64,000 nucleotides of DNA from an uncultured Thermoprotei archaeon (GCA_965367815.1 CBDUKN010000004.1:1-64000); one strand, 5' to 3'. Positions 17,352 to 27,366 are shown, numbered from the stretch's first letter. Notes: generated from the sequence alone by a model not told the origin. Translations and numbers: made by a program.

Positions 17352-20105
17352 CTAACCTTTATTAACATTTGTTAGAGTTTTAATTTTTTCAACAATTTTG
17401 TTTCTGAGCATATGTTCCGGCAGATATTGTCCTTTGCCGTTGAACATGTCTATTTTTCCTCCTCCCTTTCCTTCGGCTATTACCATAATCTCTTGCCCTA
17501 GCTCTCTAGCATCGATTTTCTTTGAAGCCGTTTTACCTAGTAGGATTAAGTATACTGCATCACTGTTTCTCCTGCTATAAAGTAAAGTAACGGCATTTGG
17601 TTTTTCTTTCACTATGAGAGTTGCTAGTTTCAGTAAGTCTCTAAATTCCGCAGCTTCAATTTCATGTACAATGACGAAGAACTCTCCCAAGACAGTTCCT
17701 TTCTCAAGTACTTTATCCTTGCTCATCTCTAGTATTTTCTCTTTAAGTCTCTCGTTTTCTCGCCTCAGCTCTCTGTATTCTTCATATATCTTTGCTACAG
17801 AGTGAACAACGTCTTCTACAGGAGTTCCAAGAGTATCTGCTATTTCTTTCAGACTTCTCTCCATTTTCTGCACATACTCGACAGCTTTTTCGCCTACAGT
17901 AAACTCAATTCTCTCTACTCCATCTTGTATACGTAGCGAACGAATGATCTTTATAAAGCCTACCTCGCCAGTATACCTGCAGTGAGTTCCTCCACATGCT
18001 TCTACATCCCAGTCCTCTATGTTCACTACTCGGAGTGTTTTTCCGGGCACTACGCCGCCTTGGTATAGTACAAAACCGTATTTCTGCTCAGCTTTGGTTC
18101 TCTCCTCTATGCTTACATGTACTTTTCTATTCTCTTGAATTATTTTATTTGCTAGCATTTCTACTTTGTGTAGTTCGTCGAGCGATAGGTGTTTGTAGTG
18201 AGTTATGTCGAGTCTGCTTCTGTTAACTCCTTTTTGCGCTCCAGCTTGCCAGACATGAGGACCTAAAACTCTTCTTAGCGCGCCTAAGAGAATGTGTGTA
18301 GCTGTGTGAGCTTTCATCAGCTGTTTTCTTCTTTGTTCGTCAACGTGTCCCTCTATTAGCTCTCCTTCTTTAAGTTTTGTAGAATCTTTCGGCGATATCT
18401 CGTGTACGACTATATTTCCTACTTTGAACACGTAGTTTACACGTATTCTTTCTCCATGCTTATTTATCAAAAATCCTCTATCTGACGGCTGTCCTCCTCC
18501 TTCAGGGTAAAATGCTGTTCGGTCTAAAATGACGTACTTTCCGTTAATTATCTTTAAGACTTTAGCAGTGAACTTGAATAAGTACGGGTCCTTGTAGTAG
18601 AGAGGAATGGTTTCGCTTTCTCCTTCAAGCAGTTTCTGATCTAACGGTATTTTTTCTTCCTTTTCTATTTTTCTAAAAGATGCTTTCTGAGCTAGCAACT
18701 CGTAAAAGTTCTGCGGAACCTTCACTTCTGCTCCTATTTTTTTAGCGATTTTCTCTACCAAGTCGGGTGGGACTCCGTGTGACTCATAGAGATAAATTAA
18801 ATCGTCGGTGCGTACTTTCTCTTTTTTCTCGAGTTTTTTCCTGATAAACGATTTGACTAAAGCCTCGCCCTTTTTGAGAGTTTTATTATATCTTTCTTCT
18901 TCAAGGTCTACTATCTCGAGTATTGTATCTACGAGATCTTTATACTCTATGAATATGTTTGTCCAGTATTTAAGAGATAGCGACATTATGTCAACAAGCG
19001 ATACATCGGGTGAGAGAGCTCTGAGTTTTCTGACAGCTCTCCTGATAAGCAGGCGCGCTAAGTATCCTGTACCCGTGTTTGAGGGAACTACGCCGTCTCC
19101 TATCATGAACATTAGCGCACGGCAGTGATCCAGTACTGCGTAAATGTTTTCCAAGGGGATTACTGTGCTTTTCAGTTCTTCTGTAGACATTCCGACGAGG
19201 CTGGCTATTTCTCTATAGCTTTTTTCGATGTCTGTCTTTGATGCGTCTATCTTTCCGAAGTACTTAGAGAGTGTAGACATTATTGAGGGATCTGGTTCAG
19301 GTATACCCAACATTTTCCGCGCTTCAGGTAAAATATCTGCGAATAAAGCGTCGTAGAGAGTCGGGGCGCCTGTTGATAACCATAGTATTCTTTCTAGACC
19401 GTAGCCTGTGTCTACAATGTAGTTGCCTAGCTCAAGTAGCTTGGAGTTTTCTTGCCTATAGTGCATGAAAACGAGAGTTGCTACCTCGAGCCCCTCTATA
19501 AGTACTTCAAAGTCTTCTCCCGCGTTGCCACCTCCGCTCCACATTCCTTCTTTAAACACTATTTTATCTTCAGGTATCTTCAGCTCTTCTGTAAAGAAGT
19601 CGAAGCAGAGTCTAACAGTCTCGTTGTTCCAATACACTGTAATTTTACCGAAGTTGAAAGCATGATGAGCCATCATTTCGAAGCAAGAAAGATGGCGGCC
19701 TGTACGTCCTATATTGTCAAGGTCCGTCAGCCTAATACAAGGCTGAGATATCACCAGAGGATTGGCGGGAGGGTCGACTATACCTTCTGTGACCCAGGGC
19801 TGGAAGCAGTAAATTGAAGCTCCTACTAGGTATACGTCGTCTCTCCATCTTGCTACAACAGGGTATCTTTTAACGTGACTGTGTCCTCTTTTCTCGAAGA
19901 ACTTTATGTAAGCGGATCTAATAGAGGCAAGACTCTTGTATTTCGACGTGGGAGGAGACCCAATAAAGGTATATTCTGTACAGGGAGGTTCTCCGCACGT
20001 TACTTGATCCGGGTTTAGTGTCCAAAAGTAGTCTTTACAGAGTGGGCACTGCTTTCTAGTAAAACCCTTTTCTTCAAAGAGATCGACTTGATAAAGGTTT
20101 TTCAT
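17352..20105 (-). CDS. alaS: Alanine--tRNA ligase
   Basis: YPVVARWRDD, GRTGRH, VDTGYGLER, editing HTATH and CGGTH, C-Ala GKGGG. Confidence 0.97.
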   Translation of the reverse strand: MKNLYQVDLFEEKGFTRKQCPLCKDYFWTLNPDQVTCGEPPCTEYTFIGSPPTSKYKSLASIRSAYIKFFEKRGHSHVKRYPVVARWRDDVYLVGASIYCFQPWVTEGIVDPPANPLVISQPCIRLTDLDNIGRTGRHLSCFEMMAHHAFNFGKITVYWNNETVRLCFDFFTEELKIPEDKIVFKEGMWSGGGNAGEDFEVLIEGLEVATLVFMHYRQENSKLLELGNYIVDTGYGLERILWLSTGAPTLYDALFADILPEARKMLGIPEPDPSIMSTLSKYFGKIDASKTDIEKSYREIASLVGMSTEELKSTVIPLENIYAVLDHCRALMFMIGDGVVPSNTGTGYLARLLIRRAVRKLRALSPDVSLVDIMSLSLKYWTNIFIEYKDLVDTILEIVDLEEERYNKTLKKGEALVKSFIRKKLEKKEKVRTDDLIYLYESHGVPPDLVEKIAKKIGAEVKVPQNFYELLAQKASFRKIEKEEKIPLDQKLLEGESETIPLYYKDPYLFKFTAKVLKIINGKYVILDRTAFYPEGGGQPSDRGFLINKHGERIRVNYVFKVGNIVVHEISPKDSTKLKEGELIEGHVDEQRRKQLMKAHTATHILLGALRRVLGPHVWQAGAQKGVNRSRLDITHYKHLSLDELHKVEMLANKIIQENRKVHVSIEERTKAEQKYGFVLYQGGVVPGKTLRVVNIEDWDVEACGGTHCRYTGEVGFIKIIRSLRIQDGVERIEFTVGEKAVEYVQKMERSLKEIADTLGTPVEDVVHSVAKIYEEYRELRRENERLKEKILEMSKDKVLEKGTVLGEFFVIVHEIEAAEFRDLLKLATLIVKEKPNAVTLLYSRRNSDAVYLILLGKTASKKIDARELGQEIMVIAEGKGGGKIDMFNGKGQYLPEHMLRNKIVEKIKTLTNVNKG

Positions 20106-20217
20106 TCCTTTTAGTAGATATTTTCTACCCTATATATTTCATCTTCTGGCGAAATTTCCTAAACAGAAATATAAAGAATATATTTTCTTGAGAACGAATA
20201 AAGAAAACTCTTAGTTA

Positions 20218-21117
20218 TTAGCTGCCTAGTTTGCTTCCAATCATTTCGTGAAGCTTTCTGGCTATTAGTTCTGCTTTGGCTAGTGCTTTTTCTATAGATT
20301 CTTTGAACGGAAGTACTGTATTGTATATTAGGCTGTTGGCTTCTCTAGCGGCTCTCTGTACTATATACGATATAGCTTCTGGGATGAATATGGGGGCTCC
20401 GATGCTTAGCTGAATAGCGTTTCTGTGAGCCTCTATTAGTTGTTCTCTGTACTCGTTGATGTCTATTTTGAGTTGGTCTTTTTCTATTATGATTCCATCT
20501 GTAATTGCGACTTTTATCTCTAGGCCTGAGAGAATAGGCTTTATATCGAGTTTTTTGAGGAGTTCAGCTAGCTCGGCTGAAATAACGTCGCCTTTCTTAG
20601 CTACAACGGTGTCTTTTGTTATCCAAATACTTCCTTCTTGAATTCGCGTGGGTATTTTGAGTTTTCCAAATAAGCTGAGAATAGGTCCTGGAGCGAAGCC
20701 TGTGTTTCCGGAGGGTACTATAATGTCGTCAGGGGCGATATCTCCGGGGCGGGCTTCTCTAGGGATTTTGTTCCTTTCTAGGAATAAGTATAATTCGAAT
20801 GGGTTCAGAGTAGTAAAGATAAACGCGTTTTCTCCTTTAAGGTAGTCTTTAAATTTTTCTAATCCTGGTTTCTTATCTTTGACTTTATCAATTGCTATTC
20901 TAGCGAGAGTATTCTTGCAAACTTTTAAAATATCTCCTCTTTCTCTAAGCTTTGCTCTTATTTCATGAAGAACGGGGGCACCTACGTTGCGAATAGATAC
21001 TATCGCTATTGTGGGGTATTTGAGCATTAATTCAGATACTTCTTTAACTATCTTTACTTTTCTTGGCGGAATGGGTCTTTCTCTCACATATTTGGGTTTA
21101 GCTACCGCTATACTCAT
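20218..21117 (-). CDS. rplP0: 50S ribosomal protein L10 (uL10/P0)
   Basis: KNTLARIA, TLNPFEL, GNTGFAPGP, L10 insertion domain. Confidence 0.94.
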   Translation of the reverse strand: MSIAVAKPKYVRERPIPPRKVKIVKEVSELMLKYPTIAIVSIRNVGAPVLHEIRAKLRERGDILKVCKNTLARIAIDKVKDKKPGLEKFKDYLKGENAFIFTTLNPFELYLFLERNKIPREARPGDIAPDDIIVPSGNTGFAPGPILSLFGKLKIPTRIQEGSIWITKDTVVAKKGDVISAELAELLKKLDIKPILSGLEIKVAITDGIIIEKDQLKIDINEYREQLIEAHRNAIQLSIGAPIFIPEAISYIVQRAAREANSLIYNTVLPFKESIEKALAKAELIARKLHEMIGSKLGS

Positions 21118-21128
21118 CTACATACACC

Positions 21129-21791
21129 TCATTTGAGATTAACCTTAACAGCAGGACCCATAGTAAGCTTAACATACACCTTCTCTATGTTATACGGAAT
21201 ACGGAATTTGGTTTCAAGAGCTGAGAATACAGCTGCAATATTCTTGGCCACCTCTTCGAGTGGCTGGTCTTCAAGACCTACTCTGCACATTACAAGTGGC
21301 TGGTTTCTTATCCTAATTCTGATAGACCTTTTCAGATTCTCTATTATGGGTGGTATGTCTGCCGTAGGAGGTACAGGCTGGGGCATTTTGCCTGCAGGGC
21401 CCAGATATCTTCCGAGCATTCTACCTATAATGGGCATTAGGTCTGCTTGGGCTATAAAGAAGTCGTAGCTCTTGACGAATTTTTTAGCAGATTTTTTGTC
21501 ACCCGCTATTTTCTCTAAGTCTTCTCGAGAAACTACACCGTCGGCGCCAGCAGACTTTGCTTTTACATAGAGGTCTCCTCCCGCTATGACACATACTTTG
21601 GCTAATTTTTCTTTAGGTGGATGTGGGAGCGCGACCGGCATGTTAATCCTGTTTTCGGGGCGCTTCACATCTACATCACGGAGCTTTATTACGAGCTCGA
21701 AGCTCTGCTTAAAGTTCCTTGGCTTGGCTTTTTCTTTGGCTTCTCTAAGAGGGTTAATAAAGATCCTATAGTCGACAGGCATGAACATCAC
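21129..21791 (-). CDS. rpl1: 50S ribosomal protein L1
   Basis: RNFKQSFEL, LGPAGKMP, VKLTMGP. Confidence 0.96.
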   Translation of the reverse strand: MMFMPVDYRIFINPLREAKEKAKPRNFKQSFELVIKLRDVDVKRPENRINMPVALPHPPKEKLAKVCVIAGGDLYVKAKSAGADGVVSREDLEKIAGDKKSAKKFVKSYDFFIAQADLMPIIGRMLGRYLGPAGKMPQPVPPTADIPPIIENLKRSIRIRIRNQPLVMCRVGLEDQPLEEVAKNIAAVFSALETKFRIPYNIEKVYVKLTMGPAVKVNLK

Positions 21792-22288
21792 CCTTCTTTC
21801 TCATGTTTCTTGAGTAAATCATCATATACGCCTGCATCAAGTTCTTTTAATACTTCTTTAGGGTTCTTTCCTTCAACAGTGACACCCATACTGAGACACG
21901 ACCCTAGTATCTGCTTTACTGCTCCTTTTAGAGTTTTCGACTTGAGCTGAGATCTCTTGATTAAAGCTATTTTTATTGCCTGTTCCATTGTCAAGTTTCC
22001 TACAAATTTTCTACCGGGTTCACCTGAGCCTTTCTCAGCTTTAGCTTCCTTTATTATGAGCGCGCTTGTAGTGGGGACTCCTACTTCTACTTCAAATTCT
22101 TTAGTGTCTATATCGACTATGACTTTAACAGGTACCTGCATGCCTGAGAACTCTTTAGTCAGTTCGTTGATTTTGTTGACTACAGCCATCACGTTTACTC
22201 CGAGAGGTCCTAGAGCAGGTCCTATAGGGGGACCTGCTGTAGCTTTTCCTCCGGGAACCAGGAACTGCAGCGTTTTCTTCTTACCCAT
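21788..22288 (-). CDS. rpl11: 50S ribosomal protein L11
   Basis: GGKATAGPPIGPALGP, GSCLSMGV. Confidence 0.97.
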   Translation of the reverse strand: MGKKKTLQFLVPGGKATAGPPIGPALGPLGVNVMAVVNKINELTKEFSGMQVPVKVIVDIDTKEFEVEVGVPTTSALIIKEAKAEKGSGEPGRKFVGNLTMEQAIKIALIKRSQLKSKTLKGAVKQILGSCLSMGVTVEGKNPKEVLKELDAGVYDDLLKKHEKEG

Positions 22289-22329
22289 TTTCCTCACCGA
22301 TGTCAGTACGTGTTAGAGAATATGTCTTA

Positions 22330-22803
22330 CTAATAAAGCTCACTCTTTTCTGCCTTCTTGACTATCTTGACGTCTTCAGCGTTTATTGTTACAGGGAACG
22401 GGTAGGTTGCGTCGAGAATTTCTAAGACTATTTCGCCTCTACTCTTATCGACATGTCTTACTTTGCCTTTCATTCCGCGGAAGGGTCCGTGAACTATCTC
22501 AACTATGTCGTCTACTTTAATGCTCTCTATGATAGGCTTATAATATATGAATTTCTCTAGCTCGCTGAATGAGATGGACCCTCGAACTCTCCCCTTTATG
22601 TGCCGCAGGCCACTAATTGCTCTGTCTATATCTCGTACTGAGGGAGATTCTATGAATACAAAGCCTTTTAGGTCTTCAAAAACCATTATGGATCTTATGT
22701 TGAGTTTTAAACTTTTTACTCTACTTTCAATTAGCAGCGCTACATTGTGTTCTTGGCCAGCAACTGTTCTTATTGCATAAAACCGGCTAACTAAGCTGTT
22801 CAT
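22330..22803 (-). CDS. spt5: Transcription elongation factor Spt5/NusG
   Basis: NGN domain (RTVAGQE, KGFVFIE) and KOW (GPFRGMKGKV). Confidence 0.95.
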   Translation of the reverse strand: MNSLVSRFYAIRTVAGQEHNVALLIESRVKSLKLNIRSIMVFEDLKGFVFIESPSVRDIDRAISGLRHIKGRVRGSISFSELEKFIYYKPIIESIKVDDIVEIVHGPFRGMKGKVRHVDKSRGEIVLEILDATYPFPVTINAEDVKIVKKAEKSELY

Positions 22804-23066
22804 GTTCTTCTACCTCTTCTCATATACATTATAATAGCTGCTAGTGTTATTGCTATAGCTATCAGAGCCATTATTATTATGTTGGGGGGAGGTCTCGGGA
22901 CTCTCGCGGACATTATTGTTAGGCCTACTATTTGTATTATGAAGCCGAGTGAGCCTAGAAGAAGTAGGCCTAAGAAGCTTACTCTGAGAGTAGTCATGAA
23001 CATTTCTTTTGACGGCTTTTTAGTTACACGCAGTATGCGCACAATTTCACTAAATATCTTTCTCAT
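22800..23066 (-). CDS. secE: Protein translocase SecE/Sec61-gamma with C-terminal extra TM
   Basis: RILRVTKKPSKEMF...LGLLLLGSLGFII; position between ftsY and spt5. Confidence 0.88.
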   Translation of the reverse strand: MRKIFSEIVRILRVTKKPSKEMFMTTLRVSFLGLLLLGSLGFIIQIVGLTIMSARVPRPPPNIIIMALIAIAITLAAIIMYMRRGRRT

Positions 23067-24013
23067 AGATACCTACCCCCATAGATGTAGGATAAAATAG
23101 CTTTAGCTGAGTGAAGCCTATTCTCAGCTTGAGTCCAAACTATAGATATTTTTTCATCTTCGAGAACCTCTTCTTCGACTTCTTCTCCTCTCTTAGCAGG
23201 CAGACAGTGCATGAACACAGCATCTGGCTTAGCTTTTTTCATTAACTTTACTGTTATGCGGTACTTTGGTATAAATACTTTAAGTCTTTCTTCTCTCTCG
23301 GCCTCGAAGCCCATACTCACGAAGACATCTGTGTATACTGCGTCGGCGCCTTCCACTGCTTTTACAGGGTCATCTGTTACCTCTACTTTAGATCCACTTT
23401 TCTCGGCATATTTTAGGGCTTTTTCTAAGACTTTTTCATGTGGTCTGTACTGCGGCGGCGATGCGATGCTTATAGAAACTCCGAGCATTGTACAGGCTAA
23501 TAAAAGCGAGTGGCAGACGTTGCTTCCGCCATCGCCTATAAAGGTCACTTTTAATTTATCTAGTGTTCCGAAATGCTCTCTTAAAGTGAACATATCTGAT
23601 ATTGCTTGTATCGGATGATACATGTTGCTTAGAGCATTTATTATGGGGACTCTTGAGTACTTAGCCATCTCAACAAGTGTCTCGTGTTCATATACTCTGG
23701 CTATTATTCCGTCTAGATATCGGCTGAGAACTCTCGCAGTGTCTTTTATGGGTTCTCCTCGGGCTAGCTGTAGAGTTCTCCAGTCCATATATATGCTTCG
23801 GCCGCCTAGTTCAAGAATAGCTACTTCAAGCGACACGCGAGTTCTTGTGGATGGTTTCTGAAAGACAAGGCCTAGTGTTTTTCCTCGAAGAATATCCTCT
23901 GATTTTTCTCCTATGAGCCTTTTCTTTTTAAAGTACTCTGTTAAGTCTATTAAGTAGCGGAGTTCGGCGGGTGAAAGGTCGCTTAGAGTCAATAAATGCT
24001 TCATAAAGCTCAA
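23063..24013 (-). CDS. argF: Ornithine carbamoyltransferase
   Basis: STRTR, HPIQ, SMG, HCLP, QAENR. Confidence 0.95.
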   Translation of the reverse strand: MSFMKHLLTLSDLSPAELRYLIDLTEYFKKKRLIGEKSEDILRGKTLGLVFQKPSTRTRVSLEVAILELGGRSIYMDWRTLQLARGEPIKDTARVLSRYLDGIIARVYEHETLVEMAKYSRVPIINALSNMYHPIQAISDMFTLREHFGTLDKLKVTFIGDGGSNVCHSLLLACTMLGVSISIASPPQYRPHEKVLEKALKYAEKSGSKVEVTDDPVKAVEGADAVYTDVFVSMGFEAEREERLKVFIPKYRITVKLMKKAKPDAVFMHCLPAKRGEEVEEEVLEDEKISIVWTQAENRLHSAKAILSYIYGGRYL

Positions 24014-24071
24014 GAGTACTATTTAAGCTTGTTTATATTTCTTACTTGGTCTGAGAGGTCCGAAAGGGACT

Positions 24072-24986
24072 TTAGCTTTCGTTGCTAAGTAGGGACTTTA
24101 CAAAAGATTCAGGTGAAAATTCTTTGAGGTCATCTAGGTTCTGTCCAGTGCCTAAAAATATGAGAGGTTTTCCTGTAACGTATGTTATTGAAAGTGCGGC
24201 GCCACCTTTAGCGTCTGCGTCTAGCTTAGTTAAAATGACTCCGTCTATACCCACATATTTATCAAATTCCTGTGCTTGGTTTACTGCGTCATTTCCTATG
24301 AGAGCGTCAGCGACAAAGATTACTAAGTCTGGCTGAATAACTCTTTTAATCTTAGCCATTTCTTCCATTAGATCTTTGTCTGTCTGTAGGCGTCCAGCAG
24401 TATCTACAAGAACTACGTTTATTTTCTTAGCTCTCGCATGCTCTACTGCATCATATGCTACGGCGGCAGGGTCTGCGCCATACTTCTGTTTAATTACTCT
24501 CACTCCAGCTCTTTTCGCTAGAGTTTCTAGCTGCTCGATAGCACCTGCTCTGAAGGTGTCGGCTGCTGCAATTACTACGCTAAAGCCTTTGTCTTTGAGG
24601 AATTTAGCTACCTTAACTACGGTAGTAGTCTTGCCCTGGCCGTTAGGTCCCACGAAGAGCACTACAAAGGGGAGACCTTTAGAGTTTTTTTCTTTAATCA
24701 TTTTAATCAAATCTACCGTTGTTTGGGGAGTTAGAATCTCAACCAGTGTGCTATATAGAATTTCTATAGCTTTTTCCTTAGGGTTGTCCAGTAGGCCTAC
24801 CTTCTCAGATGATAGTTTTTCTTTGAGAGTATTGCTTATTTTCTCCGCCACTTCATATGCGACGTCGCTTTCTATAAGTGAAATAAAAGCTTCTTCAGCT
24901 ATTTCCTCTATTTCATAAGGTGATAGCTTCTTTTGCGCTATTCTGAATACTATTTTGCTCAGTGTCTTTTTTAGACTATTTAGCAT
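24072..24986 (-). CDS. ftsY: Signal recognition particle receptor FtsY
   Basis: GPNGQGKTTT, DTFRAGA, DTAGR, TKLDADAKGG. Confidence 0.96.
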   Translation of the reverse strand: MLNSLKKTLSKIVFRIAQKKLSPYEIEEIAEEAFISLIESDVAYEVAEKISNTLKEKLSSEKVGLLDNPKEKAIEILYSTLVEILTPQTTVDLIKMIKEKNSKGLPFVVLFVGPNGQGKTTTVVKVAKFLKDKGFSVVIAAADTFRAGAIEQLETLAKRAGVRVIKQKYGADPAAVAYDAVEHARAKKINVVLVDTAGRLQTDKDLMEEMAKIKRVIQPDLVIFVADALIGNDAVNQAQEFDKYVGIDGVILTKLDADAKGGAALSITYVTGKPLIFLGTGQNLDDLKEFSPESFVKSLLSNES

Positions 24987-24996
24987 AGTTTAACTG

Positions 24997-25413
24997 TTAT
25001 GTTGATTTCTCTATTATCTCTCTTATTTGAGCCAATCTATTTACTAGAACGCTATAGTTTCTTTGGTACTCTTCAAGAGCTTTTCTTAAATCCTCTATTC
25101 TGGAATCTATGATTTTAATAGCATCTTCTGTTGATCTCTCTACTATAGTACCTGCTCCTAAGTCCACGAGGAATTTACCGCTCTCGGCTACTTTTACTCT
25201 TAAATAAACGTCTCTACCTACAGACACTATGAGTTCATGATCTTTAGAGAGCTTTGATAATTCGTTTATAGTTTGCTTTGTTGTCATTAGCTCATTTATT
25301 GTTGTAGACAATAGGCTTATTCTCTGTTCAAGTTCTCTGATTAGGTTCTGTAAAAGCATATACTCGGCAGAAAGTCTCCTTAGTTCTTCTTGACTTAACT
25401 TTGTTTGACTCAT
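24997..25413 (-). CDS. pfdA: Prefoldin alpha subunit
   Basis: Coiled coils flanking beta hairpins (VSVG, VDLGAG); conserved gene order. Confidence 0.92.
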   Translation of the reverse strand: MSQTKLSQEELRRLSAEYMLLQNLIRELEQRISLLSTTINELMTTKQTINELSKLSKDHELIVSVGRDVYLRVKVAESGKFLVDLGAGTIVERSTEDAIKIIDSRIEDLRKALEEYQRNYSVLVNRLAQIREIIEKST

Positions 25414-25418
25414 TTTAT

Positions 25419-25667
25419 CTACCTTGTTACGTATAGTGTATCTATTTCAAGAAGTTCTTTGACGTAGCGGTTTTTAACTTCTTCAGGAGATATTTCCTCG
25501 ACTTTGTGTATTCTTATTTCAAATCTCTTAAGTTTGTATCTTGAGCCTAGAACAGAGTACACTCGCTCTAGTACGTGTTCTTTGCACAGCCCGGGCCACT
25601 CAATTGTGAATTTTTTCCATTCTCCTCCAATTCTCATTTCTCCGGTGATGCGAAATACCTTTGGCAT
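25419..25667 (-). CDS. rplX: 50S ribosomal protein LX (eL20/L18a)
   Basis: KVFRITG, VYSVLGSRYKLKR. Confidence 0.92.
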   Translation of the reverse strand: MPKVFRITGEMRIGGEWKKFTIEWPGLCKEHVLERVYSVLGSRYKLKRFEIRIHKVEEISPEEVKNRYVKELLEIDTLYVTR

Positions 25668-25742
25668 AGAGAGCACCTTGAAGCAGAATAGCGAAATAGG
25701 CTTTTAAATGTAGCGGGCTAGTCTCTTGTGTCTCTGAAGATG

Positions 25743-26417
25743 CTAGCTGAGCAGAACTTGCTGTATACGCATTATCTCCGGACCCGTAGTATCTTCTCCT
25801 ACGAGAGCTCCTCTGTCGTTTACAACCATTCCTGTCCTTATGAAGGGGCTTCCTCTGTTCACCGTACCTACATCTATTGTGAGATTATTGAAGATTGAAG
25901 ATAAGAACTCTAAATCGTTTTCACTAGCCAAAGCGCTTACGAGCACGCCTCTGTTATTTGCTATAGCTAGGGTTCCTACTAACTCGCTATCTGCTATTTT
26001 TCCTTCAACTACTTCTACTCCTAAGTTATCAAGAAGAAGATTGCGTACTTCTTTACTGAAATAAGGGCTTACAAGTGCTTTCGAGTTATTTAGCAAGATT
26101 AAATTGCCTAGGGCGTTTCTTCGATCACTTATAACAACTATGTTTAAGTCCCCAATTTCTTTTTTCAGAAGTTCTAGCTCTTCTTCGAGAATATCTATAG
26201 GTACAGCTATGCCTTTATCGTTTCCGACAATAAACACTCCTATGAGGTTTGTGCCACAGATAGTCGTCTGTATTATTTTTTCTACACCCATTACTTCCTT
26301 TAGGGTTTCTATATCGTTTGGAGGAATTGTTGGAGGAACTATAGCTAGTTCATTGTTTGCGAAAATGAATACTCCTATACTTGATACACCAAATAAAGAG
26401 AGTTTTTCGAGAGACAT
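25743..26417 (-). CDS. eif6: Translation initiation factor 6 (aIF6)
   Basis: IGVF, GNLIL, GTVNRGS, TTGPE pentein repeats. Confidence 0.95.
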   Translation of the reverse strand: MSLEKLSLFGVSSIGVFIFANNELAIVPPTIPPNDIETLKEVMGVEKIIQTTICGTNLIGVFIVGNDKGIAVPIDILEEELELLKKEIGDLNIVVISDRRNALGNLILLNNSKALVSPYFSKEVRNLLLDNLGVEVVEGKIADSELVGTLAIANNRGVLVSALASENDLEFLSSIFNNLTIDVGTVNRGSPFIRTGMVVNDRGALVGEDTTGPEIMRIQQVLLS

Positions 26418-26418
26418 T

Positions 26419-26721
26419 TTATGTGAGCTCTATTTTGGCTATATTACCTTCTTCTCCTCTGAATACCTTTATTTTAACTTTTACTCTCCGAGGAGGTTTT
26501 TCTATGTTTCTAGACCAGATATATTCGTTTACCTTAGGGTCTATTTTTACCTCCTCTACATTTAACCTCCTTAAATGTCTTAGGGCGAATTCTCTTAACA
26601 TTCTAATGGCTTTTTTGGCTCTTTTTCTACGAGGACCCCAGTACAGTCTTCCTAGAGGAACTACATACTCTCTTTCCTCTATGAGCTCTAACTCTTCTTC
26701 AAGGGAAGGTGATTCAGACAT
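26419..26721 (-). CDS. rpl31e: 50S ribosomal protein L31e
   Basis: RA-x2-AI, VNEYIWSR...KPP. Confidence 0.95.
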   Translation of the reverse strand: MSESPSLEEELELIEEREYVVPLGRLYWGPRRKRAKKAIRMLREFALRHLRRLNVEEVKIDPKVNEYIWSRNIEKPPRRVKVKIKVFRGEEGNIAKIELT

Positions 26722-26738
26722 TCTTTACATCACCTTTT

Positions 26739-26894
26739 TCACAACTTTAATCTTTTTCTACGCCAGTGGCGCATCTTAGGGTGTCTTCTAAATTCTCCTT
26801 TAGTTTTTGCAACTACCCACAGGGGCGGGGATCTATTCTGTTTTAGTGCTCTTGCAAGTCTAAGTTTTTTGCCTAAAGGCTTTGCGTGGGCCAT
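26739..26894 (-). CDS. rpl39e: 50S ribosomal protein L39e (below ORF-track cutoff)
   Basis: Manual translation MAHAKPLGKKLRLARALKQNRSPPLWVVAKTKGEFRRHPKMRHWRRKRLKL. Confidence 0.95.
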   Translation of the reverse strand: MAHAKPLGKKLRLARALKQNRSPPLWVVAKTKGEFRRHPKMRHWRRKRLKL

Positions 26895-26898
26895 TTTC

Positions 26899-27366
26899 TC
26901 ACCTAATTGGACTGTATTTTCTTAACTCAGGTCTTTCTCTCACGAGCTCCATAAATATTTTGTGAGCTATGCTATCGAGAAGAGATCTGCCTTTAGGAGT
27001 CAGTATTCTGCCTTTTTTCTCCACTTTAGTCACTAGGCCCGCTGCTTCGAGTTGCTGTAGAGCTTTTCTTATAATAGATCCTCCTGCCTTTTTACAGTGT
27101 TTGCGTTTCATGCCTAGATCTGCACGCCCGCCGTAAGCTGTCCTTAATCTCTCGATTCCTACTGGTCCGTGGAAGTATAATTTGCGTAATATTGAAGCAC
27201 ATCTAATGTACCACCAGTCAGGGTCTTCTGGCACTCTGTCAGCATGGGGGCCTGTCTTAACAAACATAGCCCAGGGTGGCGGCTTTACTTCTGGGAAATT
27301 CTCCTTTAGGTACTTTGCCACCCTTTCTATAAGTAATTGTGCGGGGACATCATAGGCCGTTACCAT
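26899..27366 (-). CDS. rps19e: 30S ribosomal protein S19e
   Basis: [32 protein letters not shown]. Confidence 0.96.
   Translation of the reverse strand: MVTAYDVPAQLLIERVAKYLKENFPEVKPPPWAMFVKTGPHADRVPEDPDWWYIRCASILRKLYFHGPVGIERLRTAYGGRADLGMKRKHCKKAGGSIIRKALQQLEAAGLVTKVEKKGRILTPKGRSLLDSIAHKIFMELVRERPELRKYSPIR

Noticed and set aside
24048-24072. CTGAGAG-GTCC-GAAA-GGGAC resembling a hammerhead ribozyme core
   Set aside because: No GAAA after the stem and no stems I/III; only a short hairpin
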